Position numbers and translations under genes: made by a program. The notes below the pieces were generated by a model that was not told the DNA's origin, made no database searches, and was given only the letters and a program-made list of their open reading frames with translations. Of a DNA stretch of 64,000 nt, positions 1 through 9,661 are shown piece after piece. The DNA is taken from positions 1 to 64,000 of IMG/VR virus record IMGVR_UViG_3300035208_001807; one strand, written 5' to 3'. This DNA is from a virus. Lineage: Duplodnaviria; Caudoviricetes. How positions within the stretch are numbered: the stretch's first letter is position 1; the number at the start of each line of letters is the position of its first letter.

Positions 1-85
1 TCTTAAAGCTCCGGAGGGATTCATTGCAGAAGAAGGTCCGAGGGGTAACGTTTGCGCGCTACCCCTCAGCCTATCTTTTTAGCTC

Positions 86-736
86 TTACGGGTTATTGCC
101 TTCTACGAGACCGGGGATGGTCGAAAGATTTACGTTGTCCCCGAGATCGAGAATGTCAATGCCTGTGGTCCCATTTTCAATTGGGCGCCAGCCAGTGACT
201 TCACGAGCGACGTATGTGAACGCCATTTCGTTCACGATATCGTCAACTGAGATTCCCGAACCTTCGTTCAGGATCTCAGCGCCCATGATGCCCATGGTCA
301 TGACCTGTCCAACTTCGTTAGCACCTGTCAGGGTGACATCGAAAGGAGGAACCTGGTCAGCATAGATCGGGGTTGTAAGACGTGCGACTACCGTATTATC
401 AACCTGATCTACTGGTGCAGGAGGCAAGCCGTTTACACGTCTGCGGATGATGTTCTCATCCGTATGACCGACGTATAATGACTTGTTCATGATGCGGTGT
501 AGAGCGTGGCGATCGAACAGGATGAATATCATTGATCCTGCGATACCGCGCTTCCCACGGCTAAATGACCGTGGGTCCGCACTACCCATTGTATAGATGG
601 GTGCCTTTTCTCTTGTGATACTATACGAGATACCTTGGATCTCACCGATACGTTCATTATCGAAGTATGCGATGATATCAACGCCTGAGAAGGACGTATA
701 GGTTCTCGTATATTGACTGGTTGTTAGATCCGCCAT
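86..736 (-). CDS. Tail tube protein
   Basis: 216 aa directly downstream of sheath; SFSGVDI...ISYSITREKAPIYTMG...RGIAGS pattern of large-myovirus tube proteins. Confidence 0.75.
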   Translation of the reverse strand: MADLTTSQYTRTYTSFSGVDIIAYFDNERIGEIQGISYSITREKAPIYTMGSADPRSFSRGKRGIAGSMIFILFDRHALHRIMNKSLYVGHTDENIIRRRVNGLPPAPVDQVDNTVVARLTTPIYADQVPPFDVTLTGANEVGQVMTMGIMGAEILNEGSGISVDDIVNEMAFTYVAREVTGWRPIENGTTGIDILDLGDNVNLSTIPGLVEGNNP

Positions 737-755
737 CTGTTGTGCTCCTTAGTTA

Positions 756-2189
756 TTAGATGTTCGGTTTAATCACAACAACGGCTCTGATCCTGCGCGT
801 TTCGAACTCCGGAACTAGCGTAAGTTCGATGTTCATGTTCCCTAGAACACGATCTGCGTCGCTTGCTACGACCTTGAAGTCGTACTGACGTAGAGCCCCT
901 GTAGTACAGAACTTCTTGTATTGCTTGTCCAGGGCTGTCTGGAGAGCATTTCTCATCGCATCGCTGTTCGGTTCGCCGATGAATGGATCCGCAACAAGGC
1001 GGGTCATCTTCATTACGGCGTTTACGATACGCATTACCTGTAGTCTGTTATAGTCAGACCCAGGCCGTGCCGCTGTGGGAGAATCCGTTACTAGAATACC
1101 CCTGTTGGTACGACGGAATGTTACATACCGCGCACCTGCAAGTTTGTCCAGCTGGGACAGCGACTTTGAGTAGTACAAGGTGCTGATACCAGGGACGATC
1201 TTGTTAGTTGGCGCACTGTGGGGAACTAGGGTTGATACCAATCCTGCGTATGCAGAACCGCCCAGGCCCGTATAGGTTGCAGCGCCGCCACCTGTAGTGA
1301 ATGCTCCGTTGGAGTAGGTAGGCTGCTCAGCGACGATCGATAGATATCTTCCGATATCAACCCTGTTGTTCTTACGATCAAGCAGGATTTCAGTCGTTGC
1401 TAGAGGAGGCAGACCATACTTCGAATCATCGCCATCGAAGTTAGAGGCGTAGAAGCCAGGGAGTACAACGTTTCCAACTTCACCGACTAGGTAGGGTTCG
1501 CCTAGCAGGCCGGTTCCATTCTGAGTAATGACACCCAGAACGTTCGTGGTTGGTAGCGTTCCGATGTAATCTGCTACGTATGAAAGCGTACCAGATGCAG
1601 CGGGCTCTACGTTCATAACAACGATAACTTCGTTGTTTTGGCTACTCATCTCATAGGCTGCGAAGGCTGCCTGATAACCGAAGTTGGTAGGACGGCCGGA
1701 TACTGGTGTTACTGCATCAAACGCATAAGCGTCTGCTGGGTAGATAACATCAGCATTCCAGTTCTTCAGTAGTTCATAGGCATAACCAAGAGCCTTGTAG
1801 TAATTGGCAGTGTTGATTTCGAATAACTCTGGTGAGCCACCTAGCGAAGTGAACAGAGGATACACGATATCCGTTGCCGGGTCTGTGTATGTTGCTGTTC
1901 CCCACTGACCGAGATTGAAGCCGAATACAGTATTTGCTCCTGCTCCTAGAACCTCGTAGATAGCCTGGGTTAGTGAAGAGTTATTAGACGCTAGGCCATA
2001 AACAAATTCGGCCTCATCGCCTTTGTTGATTCGGATTGGCTGATTGATATAGTCATCGGCATAGGTATGACCTTCTGCTCCAAAGCCGATAACTAGGACT
2101 AGGTCGCCTGTCACGTTTGATACGTTGACCTGCAGCCCGCCATCGACCAGCTCACTCTCGAATACTGGTAGGTTTTCAGTCCGGGCCAT
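756..2189 (-). CDS. Tail sheath protein
   Basis: C-terminal sheath domain (RLQVMRIVN...PFIGEPNSDAMRNAL...IELTLVPEFETRRI). Confidence 0.85.
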   Translation of the reverse strand: MARTENLPVFESELVDGGLQVNVSNVTGDLVLVIGFGAEGHTYADDYINQPIRINKGDEAEFVYGLASNNSSLTQAIYEVLGAGANTVFGFNLGQWGTATYTDPATDIVYPLFTSLGGSPELFEINTANYYKALGYAYELLKNWNADVIYPADAYAFDAVTPVSGRPTNFGYQAAFAAYEMSSQNNEVIVVMNVEPAASGTLSYVADYIGTLPTTNVLGVITQNGTGLLGEPYLVGEVGNVVLPGFYASNFDGDDSKYGLPPLATTEILLDRKNNRVDIGRYLSIVAEQPTYSNGAFTTGGGAATYTGLGGSAYAGLVSTLVPHSAPTNKIVPGISTLYYSKSLSQLDKLAGARYVTFRRTNRGILVTDSPTAARPGSDYNRLQVMRIVNAVMKMTRLVADPFIGEPNSDAMRNALQTALDKQYKKFCTTGALRQYDFKVVASDADRVLGNMNIELTLVPEFETRRIRAVVVIKPNI

Positions 2190-2207
2190 TAATGTCCTCC
2201 TGTTGGA

Positions 2208-3083
2208 TTAACCATGATCTGTTAGTTCTGCTGTTCCTACTGGTGGCACCAAGTCTGCAATCTCGGGTATAGTGTCGGGATCAATAACTCCGCTTACCGG
2301 ATGCCCCTGCATTTCCCTGAGGAAGAGATCGGACTCTTCGTCAAGATCGTAATGCACTTCAAGTTCCAAATTAATCTGGGTTACTGCAGTCCTCGGAATG
2401 ATATAGAACTCTTCAGTTCTCACATAGTATTGGAGAGTTCTGCAAGCTATATCGTCTCTCCACTGCGTGACATCCTTGTCAACTCCGCGTTCCCAGAACT
2501 CAATCTTAGAGAACCCTTGCCTCATGATGCTCCCCTTCATGAACTCCATGAAGGTCTTGAACCACGAAGCGAGATTGTCAGCTCCTCTTCCCGTAGAGGA
2601 CCAGCAATCGAATTGGACCAAATTATCCATGGGCAGTGCTACCACTTCATAGAGTATTCCCGGTTGGTCCGGTACTGAGAAGGTTTCTCTATGTTGAGGA
2701 GCGCGTTGCCGCTCCTTACCAAATGCCGTATGGATACCAGCCGGCGCTTGGAACCTCAATGTATATGTTACTAGATCAGCAAACGGGTGCAGAAAGTAGA
2801 AGTCCTCTAGGGTCTTAAGATCTGTTCTAGTCCTGATAAAGGAGTTCTCCGTTATCTTCTGCCCTGGATAACTTGCTACTAGAGGAACCCAAGTCTCTCT
2901 GCCCCTCTTCATAATCTTCCCCTGAAATAACTTCATGGCTCTCAGGGCCACCGTGGTAAAGTCCTCGATCGTACCATGGCGGTCCATCTTTAGCCGCGGA
3001 AGATCAGGGTACTCCAGCGACGTTAGATCCGTGGGAACAACGGTCCCGTTTAGATTAGTAGTACCCATAAACATGTTACCCAT
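2208..3083 (-). CDS. Putative tail completion/terminator protein
   Basis: Position between neck genes and sheath; DNLVQFDCWS motif. Confidence 0.45.
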   Translation of the reverse strand: MGNMFMGTTNLNGTVVPTDLTSLEYPDLPRLKMDRHGTIEDFTTVALRAMKLFQGKIMKRGRETWVPLVASYPGQKITENSFIRTRTDLKTLEDFYFLHPFADLVTYTLRFQAPAGIHTAFGKERQRAPQHRETFSVPDQPGILYEVVALPMDNLVQFDCWSSTGRGADNLASWFKTFMEFMKGSIMRQGFSKIEFWERGVDKDVTQWRDDIACRTLQYYVRTEEFYIIPRTAVTQINLELEVHYDLDEESDLFLREMQGHPVSGVIDPDTIPEIADLVPPVGTAELTDHG

Positions 3084-3086
3084 GGG

Positions 3087-3665
3087 TTACCACTCCTCTT
3101 TTTGGCAGATCGCCCTTATAAACTCGATCCTCCCATTGTCAGCCCTATATATCTTATCAACAGTTACTCCTATTATCTCGGGATCTTTGTTACTCTTAGC
3201 CTTATTCTGAAACTCTGTGAGAAGTTGCAGATTATGGGCTACATGAAGCCCACATGAATTATGGCCTTTTAATGGATAAATATGGTCTATTTGACACTTA
3301 ATCCCAGCAATTTCTTCTATCTCCTTAGCAATATATGAAAGTCGCTTATATTCAGCTACCACCTCTTTAGAGGCCCACGCTGGGGTCGCCCTTAGCTTGC
3401 GAGCCCTTCTGGTAGCTGCAATCGCTCGCATTGCTTCAGGATGAGCCATTTGCCATGTTCGAGTAGATGCTCTTACCTTGGTTATATTTCTTGCTTGATA
3501 CTTACTGACTATATTCTGAATACGACTCTTATTAGTTTTAGCGTACTTGGCCCAATTCTTCTTCATGCAGCTCTTGCATTGACTATGTAATCCGTCCTTG
3601 CTGCAATAATGCGCGTAGTACTCGGAGCGATCCTTCTTAGTTTTGCATCCTGAGCAGAATTTCAT
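3087..3665 (-). CDS. HNH homing endonuclease with N-terminal Zn finger
   Basis: CxxC...CxxC, ATPAWA, IDHIYPL...GLHVAHNLQLL..N; AT-rich; start probably the ATG overlapping the upstream TAA (TAATG). Confidence 0.85.
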   Translation of the reverse strand: MKFCSGCKTKKDRSEYYAHYCSKDGLHSQCKSCMKKNWAKYAKTNKSRIQNIVSKYQARNITKVRASTRTWQMAHPEAMRAIAATRRARKLRATPAWASKEVVAEYKRLSYIAKEIEEIAGIKCQIDHIYPLKGHNSCGLHVAHNLQLLTEFQNKAKSNKDPEIIGVTVDKIYRADNGRIEFIRAICQKEEW

Positions 3666-4237
3666 TACCATTCCTCGCTCTGACAAATTGCTCTTATGAA
3701 TTCTATTCTTCCATTATCAGCTCTATAAGTAATAAGCTGAAGTATCTTGAATTTCTCTCTCTGCTGTAATTCTCCTAAAGAACTTGGCAGAGCCCCATTA
3801 ACCCCTAGATTTAGCTCGATTATCTTATCTATGTCTTTGAGCTCGGTATTGTACTCAAAGAAGAAGTTATGGGCGATTATATCAGTAATTCCAGGGGGTG
3901 TTGCCATATAGGATGCAGGCAAAGCCCCACTTTTAGAGCCTACAAGGGAGCGCCACGCTGTACATAGGAACTCAGAGTAGGCATAGCCCTCCCCGTGACA
4001 AACGGAGCATTTGGGGTCGGGTTCGCGATGCTTCTGGCCCTTCTCCTCTAGCATACAGGGGCACGTACTATCCATCCTGCGAATGAGGACTTTGTGGCCC
4101 TCCCCAGGATGATTGCGATCTCCGAAGAGTATCTTATGTAGCTCTGCCCTAAGATCAATGTTCCCCACAGTGGCCGTACCAATGTACAGTCGCTGGCTAT
4201 TAGATATGGCTAGGTCTCTAGGATATAGGTCAGCCAT
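3665..4237 (-). CDS. Putative neck/head-closure protein
   Basis: CPC...CxxCxGxG Zn motif; position in head-tail cluster. Confidence 0.5.
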   Translation of the reverse strand: MADLYPRDLAISNSQRLYIGTATVGNIDLRAELHKILFGDRNHPGEGHKVLIRRMDSTCPCMLEEKGQKHREPDPKCSVCHGEGYAYSEFLCTAWRSLVGSKSGALPASYMATPPGITDIIAHNFFFEYNTELKDIDKIIELNLGVNGALPSSLGELQQREKFKILQLITYRADNGRIEFIRAICQSEEW

Positions 4238-5661
4238 TAGAATGTACCTGTGCTAGTCGTTCCGCCGCCCGTACCAGTAATCCAATCAGTCCTCTTTGGA
4301 GGATTGCGCGGGTCTTTAGCTCCCCAAGCAACCTTAAATCCGGGCTTCCACTTTGCCTTACCTGTAATGTAGGCTAGCCAGTAAGCTACAGACCCAGGAG
4401 TTAGATAGTCTCCTTCGAGCTTATTAATTAGTGGTCCTACTGTTGCAGCGTAGAGCATTCCATTGCCCTCGGTAATACGTAGATCGTCGAGAGACTTGGA
4501 GGCGCCGGGGCCGCCGCCTAGCATGACACCATCAACATAGTCGAAGAACCTAGCCTTGAGAAGATCTAGACAGGTCTTGGCAAGGACATATTCCTTGACG
4601 TAGCGAGGCGCACCTGTTACCGGGTTAACGATAAAGGCTGGTCTTGTCGTGGTGATAACAGATGGTTCGAAGATGTTCGATGGGAATGGCTGGATAACTC
4701 CTGGCCTCTCTCTTGAGTACCAGTTAGCCAGCAATGAGTTGGTATGAATCAATCTATTAATAGTATCGTCAGGCACATTATCTATAATGTTCCCTAGAAC
4801 AAGCCTTACATGGGCTACGCCAATGTAGAGAGGATTGTATCTTGTGGTGAAGTAGAACTCATAGTCTTCTCCATCTACAAGTGACGATCCATCTGTCGCG
4901 CGGATCGAGGAGGGGATCGTAACGTCGATCTCTTCGTTCTCATCAAAGAGAACATTTGTATCAAAGGTGAAGATTGCTCTCCAGCCAATTACAGACCATG
5001 ACCCACTATGCGATAGGTCTTCAGTGTCAATGAATGGATCCTGAAGCACATTCTGTGTTGTGATAGATACGTGGCGACCATCAACTGTGGGGTCTGTGCC
5101 ATCTAGCATATCTGGTGAGACAGGCTTGTTGAAGTAGATAGTGATTGTTGGTAAGCCAGAGGCATTTAGAAATACACCAGAGGGGCTAATGTTTGTTGCC
5201 CTATCGGTAGGTATCGTTCTTACGATATCAAATGGCGTGTAGTAAGTAACACCTGATGGGTAAAGAATGTCTGGGTCCACACCAGAAGGGAAAGGTGTAG
5301 ACGATGTAGGCAGGAATCTACCATCATTGGTTGTGAAGGTGAACTGGTAGTTAGAAGGAAGATAATCTGTTTCACCCCACATATCAGGAAGGGTATGAAC
5401 GCCATTCTCCCCGCCAAGCACAACGAATGTATAGTCATGCCTAACAAGAAGAGGCTCTAGGGGCGTGAAGGTTGCAACGAGGGTGGTCCCATTATAAGTA
5501 ATGGTACCGTCTATGATGTTGGTGTCTTGATCGTAGAGTACGAGGGTTCGTGTGGTAATGGACGCGGGGTCCATTGCGGTATCGAATGTTACCTGAATCG
5601 TAGACCCGATTGCTACTTCGGTCTCTCCATTGAGCGGAGAAGATGAAATGATCTCGGCCAT
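4237..5661 (-). CDS. Ig-like domain structural protein, putative head-tail adaptor
   Basis: Two Big_5-like repeats (SSPLNGETEV..IQVTFDTAMDPASIT; RTIPTDRATNI..TIYFNKPV); follows capsid gene. Confidence 0.6.
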   Translation of the reverse strand: MAEIISSSPLNGETEVAIGSTIQVTFDTAMDPASITTRTLVLYDQDTNIIDGTITYNGTTLVATFTPLEPLLVRHDYTFVVLGGENGVHTLPDMWGETDYLPSNYQFTFTTNDGRFLPTSSTPFPSGVDPDILYPSGVTYYTPFDIVRTIPTDRATNISPSGVFLNASGLPTITIYFNKPVSPDMLDGTDPTVDGRHVSITTQNVLQDPFIDTEDLSHSGSWSVIGWRAIFTFDTNVLFDENEEIDVTIPSSIRATDGSSLVDGEDYEFYFTTRYNPLYIGVAHVRLVLGNIIDNVPDDTINRLIHTNSLLANWYSRERPGVIQPFPSNIFEPSVITTTRPAFIVNPVTGAPRYVKEYVLAKTCLDLLKARFFDYVDGVMLGGGPGASKSLDDLRITEGNGMLYAATVGPLINKLEGDYLTPGSVAYWLAYITGKAKWKPGFKVAWGAKDPRNPPKRTDWITGTGGGTTSTGTF

Positions 5662-5872
5662 TCCAGCAACTCCTTAATGGATGGTTAAGTCTTAATGCAT
5701 ATTACGAAGGGTTTCCCATCTTGATCGAGTTCATCTTCCTCCTCAACCACTATGGAGTTAACTAAGGAGTCAGGAAGTACAATCCTGACCGGTACAGAAT
5801 TACCGGCTGGTGGATTTTTAGGCCCACCAACCGGGTTGTTCTGTTCATCACTCATTATCTATCTCCCAGTGA

Positions 5873-7120
5873 TTAGATATTGCGCGTCGGCTCGGTCATC
5901 GTGGTGATTGAATGATCGTGCTTGAAGTCGTAGCTGTTTGCGATTGCGATGTTACGAGCAACAACCACTGACTTGCCCTGTGATAACAGGCCTAGGCCAT
6001 AGCGCTCACGAATCTTCAGCTGACGAATATCCTTTGCAGGATCGTCGAACTGTTCTGTAGAGATGTCATCCTTCTGGACCAGGATGCCGGCTTCGCTGTC
6101 GTCGATTACATAAACGTCAGTTAGCGGCGTCTTGGCTAGGCCACTGGTCGTAACCAGGGTGTTGCCAGCGGATGTTCCGTCAGACTGCTTTACCACAGCG
6201 GCGCCCTTAGGTACGAACCGCACGTATGGTGAAACCAATACGCGTAGAGGTACCGGGAACACTCCCTGAGGAATGGTCGTCTGAGTTGTTGACAGGTTCG
6301 GGGCGATTGTCTTGTACTTCAGGTTCTGTGCTGCGTCCCAGCCCGTCTGTCCTACTGAACCGGAGAACATCCCGCCCCAGTAGTTTTGGTTCTGCATCCA
6401 TGCCATTTCACGGAGCATGGGGTTTTTAGCCACCATGAGCCATGCCAGGGGATGCATAAGGATTGTCTTCGGGGTGAATCCAGAGTTGATCAGGTACGCG
6501 ATCATATCGAAGATATCATCGAGATGAAGTGAACCGTTCACAGCTCCATCGATGCCACGGCCCGTAGTTGCACCTACAACACCGGTGGTAGGTTCGACGT
6601 TGTCGAATACCTTGTAACCGAATGTTGAGAATAGGGTCGAGCACTTTGATTCCTTGTGATGTGCAAGAGCACGGCCCGCTGCACGAAGGTGAAGACCGAT
6701 GACATCCCATTGACTGTCTTCGATCATTTCTTCGGTCACACGAACCAGCACGCCGGACTTCGTGACGTTAATAGCCACGACGTTCCCGGAACCGATTTCT
6801 AGCTGCTTCTCTGGATATGCACTGCCTTCAGCAACGTCTTCTGCAGTTAGAGCTCCGACAGCTGGGAACTCGATCGAACGCCCTTGATTAATGCGCACGG
6901 TCTGGAAGAAGTTGTTTGAGATGGTCAGGACAGGCTCCACGGCTTCTTTTACTACTGAAGAGATTACCTTCGGTAGGAAGATAGAAGCATCGCTGGAGAC
7001 TAGAAGATCCTTGATCTTCATTCTCTTGCCATCCTCGACGACGCCGTTATTCAAGAATGCGGCTTCCGCCATCTTCTTGAATCCGTCTTTTACCACGTCT
7101 TGGATCTTTCCGTCACTCAT
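5873..7120 (-). CDS. Major capsid protein (HK97 fold)
   Basis: 415 aa; VAEGSAYPE, KSGVLVRVTEEMIEDSQWDV, TILMHPLAW, IRERYG. Confidence 0.9.
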   Translation of the reverse strand: MSDGKIQDVVKDGFKKMAEAAFLNNGVVEDGKRMKIKDLLVSSDASIFLPKVISSVVKEAVEPVLTISNNFFQTVRINQGRSIEFPAVGALTAEDVAEGSAYPEKQLEIGSGNVVAINVTKSGVLVRVTEEMIEDSQWDVIGLHLRAAGRALAHHKESKCSTLFSTFGYKVFDNVEPTTGVVGATTGRGIDGAVNGSLHLDDIFDMIAYLINSGFTPKTILMHPLAWLMVAKNPMLREMAWMQNQNYWGGMFSGSVGQTGWDAAQNLKYKTIAPNLSTTQTTIPQGVFPVPLRVLVSPYVRFVPKGAAVVKQSDGTSAGNTLVTTSGLAKTPLTDVYVIDDSEAGILVQKDDISTEQFDDPAKDIRQLKIRERYGLGLLSQGKSVVVARNIAIANSYDFKHDHSITTMTEPTRNI

Positions 7121-7146
7121 CGAATTTGCCTCCTGTGGCTTTTTGG

Positions 7147-7977
7147 TTAGAATGTGAGGCGGACGCGAAGGGCCTTAGTTGCACCCACTAGGCTTACATG
7201 GCCGGGAAATCCACCGGTCTCTGACCCAGGCATCTCACTCATAGGATAGGTCTGCACGTGCTCTAGCATGTCCTTCGGGAAGTCCGTATCTACTGCTAGA
7301 ACCTGACCAACCTTCAGTCTCACATCGTCACCCGTGTTCCACTTCACATAGTTGCCATTAGCATCTGGCTTTACCCAGTCGCCAGCAACGAAGTCGTCAG
7401 CGTTTGCATCATCAGCGCCATACGCTACGGCAATCGTCTTCGATGCCGCAAGTAGCGTTGCGTTTGCTTCTGATGTTGCTCCACTGTCAACGTACGTAAA
7501 GTAAGGAACCTCCACCACTCTCTCACAAAGAAGAGGAAGCGTGTCGGACTGCAGCTGGTAGTTGTTGTAACGTCCCTTGGTATTCTGGAACATATCCATA
7601 GGGGCTACACCAAGCGGCCATACAGAAGCTGCACGTGTGCAGGTTGAAGTTCCGCCTACAACAGCATTGCCACTCTGGTCGCGAACGCCAGCATTCTGGT
7701 CATTCACGGTGTATGTCGTGGTGATAGTTCCCGCGGTTCCGTTGCAAGGAATAAACTTGCCTGCGGAATCGATTGATAGGATAGTTCCCTTCTTAATAAC
7801 GACCCAGTCTTTCAGTTCCAGGTCCATGAAGGACACAGGTAGCCAAGTTGCTGGCACCATGAGCCCACCCACAGCCGGACGATCGGTATCGCTGATCTCG
7901 AACTGAGGGCGTGTCCTCTGAACATAGGGATACGGACGGACTGGTTTCTGAGATGAAGTACCTACGGTCTCAGCCAT
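7147..7977 (-). CDS. Putative head decoration/structural protein
   Basis: Between scaffold and capsid genes; beta-rich. Confidence 0.5.
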   Translation of the reverse strand: MAETVGTSSQKPVRPYPYVQRTRPQFEISDTDRPAVGGLMVPATWLPVSFMDLELKDWVVIKKGTILSIDSAGKFIPCNGTAGTITTTYTVNDQNAGVRDQSGNAVVGGTSTCTRAASVWPLGVAPMDMFQNTKGRYNNYQLQSDTLPLLCERVVEVPYFTYVDSGATSEANATLLAASKTIAVAYGADDANADDFVAGDWVKPDANGNYVKWNTGDDVRLKVGQVLAVDTDFPKDMLEHVQTYPMSEMPGSETGGFPGHVSLVGATKALRVRLTF

Positions 7978-8008
7978 TTGTGTTTCCCCCTTGAAATGTT
8001 GTTTCTAA

Positions 8009-9661
8009 TTACCGTGTGGGCGGATTGAACTTACCGCTCAGCATCAGCTTTGCTATTGACAGTGGGTTAGCACTATCAATTGCGCCATGGAGCTGCTTAA
8101 CCGGGTCGGCAACTAGTTCACCACCCTCGCCCTCCACTTTAAGGTCCTTCGGAGTGATACGCTTTGCATTCTTAGTAGCCGCAGCTTCGAGGTCCTTGAG
8201 CTGATCCTCTAGTGAATCCGCGCTGCGCTTCTGCATTTCATCGAATGCTTTCTTGCGATCGTCTGCCGACGGGTATGTTTCCAAACCTAGTTCTGACTTA
8301 AGGTCCAGAACTCGATTGATCTTTGAGTCCTTTAATGTTGCCTGCAGGGACGTGGCCTTCTCTAGGAGAGCCTTGTGCTCATCCTCTAGTTCCTTGACAC
8401 GAGCTTCCAGCGTCTTGATCTTTGGATCAGGTTCTGGAGTCTTTGTATCAGCTACAGGAGGTACCACTTCCTCGGCCTTGGGTTCTACTACTACTTCGGC
8501 TTCGGGAGCAGGTACTGGCTTCGAATCCTGAGTTTCAGTAACTGCTGGTTCAGCAGGAGCAGCTTCTGACTTAACCTCTTCAGGTGTGGTCGTTTCTGCC
8601 GCTACGACTGCTTGAGTGTCAGCTACTGGAGTCTCAGCCTTCGGTGTCTCCGCCGCGGGCGTCTGAGCATCAGCCTTGATTTCTGTGTTATCTGCCAAGG
8701 TGATAGGCTCCTTCCTGGTGGAGTCCTCAACTACAACATTGTTGTTGAGGTCTGGCTTCACAGCAGTTGATCCAATAGCATGGATCCTCTTACCGTAAAT
8801 CTTGTACAGACTATCAACTGAAGTAGAATCATTCAGTTTAACAGTCGTCCCCAGTGAATCATTCAGGGCATAGAGTCTGAATAACCTACTGGCATTGCAA
8901 TCTTCAACTGCCTTCTCACGAACCGTGGCATCCTTGTAGTTATATACCTGGAGTACCTGGCTCTGCGTCTCTTCGTTAATCTCGCGTGTTACGATCTGAG
9001 CGAATGGATCTGCAGGTTCATTCACGAATGAGAGTTCATCCCAGATGAAGTCTCCACCTGTCCAGTACGCTAACTTCGCTTCACCAGTTTCGTCCTCATC
9101 ATATTCATGTCCGAAGCGGTGATGGCACTGGCCGTCTGACAGCCAGTTCTTACCACAAATTGAGCACTCCATCATATCGGTGTCTCCAGAAACAGAGACC
9201 GTTAGATAGCGCCCGTCAAGCACCTTCTGTACTGCCGTAGGATCTGAGACCTTGACTAGGTTCTGTAGATATCCTAGTCCACGATACTTAAAGTCTGAAT
9301 CATAGACCGATGTCTTAACATCAGGTATCTGCGCCGGGGTCATCCTCTGATAGATAGACCCTTCGATCCTGCCAAGAGGCTCGCCATCTCTCTTATTATG
9401 ATTCGCAAGAAGCGGCTTCTTGTATGGCCTTACCCACGTCTCGGCAGATCGCTGCAAACCCTCGGGTGTGTAATAACCGTAGTTGCCGTTGACGATACCT
9501 GCGTGAGTCACTGCTATTTCGGATAGTACTGAAACCTTGTCATTCGAATGAGCCGTGTCGAGGACCATGTTGGACAGTTGGTCCTTGATCTTCTTAGAGA
9601 TGGCTCCAACAGCGTCTTGGATGCCGAAAGCTTCATACACTCTCATAAACTTCTTAGGCAT
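8009..9661 (-). CDS. Prohead protease fused to scaffold
   Basis: KPLLANH, DGRYLTVSV, ELSFVNEPAD protease motifs, then Pro/Glu linker and coiled coil. Confidence 0.8.
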   Translation of the reverse strand: MPKKFMRVYEAFGIQDAVGAISKKIKDQLSNMVLDTAHSNDKVSVLSEIAVTHAGIVNGNYGYYTPEGLQRSAETWVRPYKKPLLANHNKRDGEPLGRIEGSIYQRMTPAQIPDVKTSVYDSDFKYRGLGYLQNLVKVSDPTAVQKVLDGRYLTVSVSGDTDMMECSICGKNWLSDGQCHHRFGHEYDEDETGEAKLAYWTGGDFIWDELSFVNEPADPFAQIVTREINEETQSQVLQVYNYKDATVREKAVEDCNASRLFRLYALNDSLGTTVKLNDSTSVDSLYKIYGKRIHAIGSTAVKPDLNNNVVVEDSTRKEPITLADNTEIKADAQTPAAETPKAETPVADTQAVVAAETTTPEEVKSEAAPAEPAVTETQDSKPVPAPEAEVVVEPKAEEVVPPVADTKTPEPDPKIKTLEARVKELEDEHKALLEKATSLQATLKDSKINRVLDLKSELGLETYPSADDRKKAFDEMQKRSADSLEDQLKDLEAAATKNAKRITPKDLKVEGEGGELVADPVKQLHGAIDSANPLSIAKLMLSGKFNPPTR

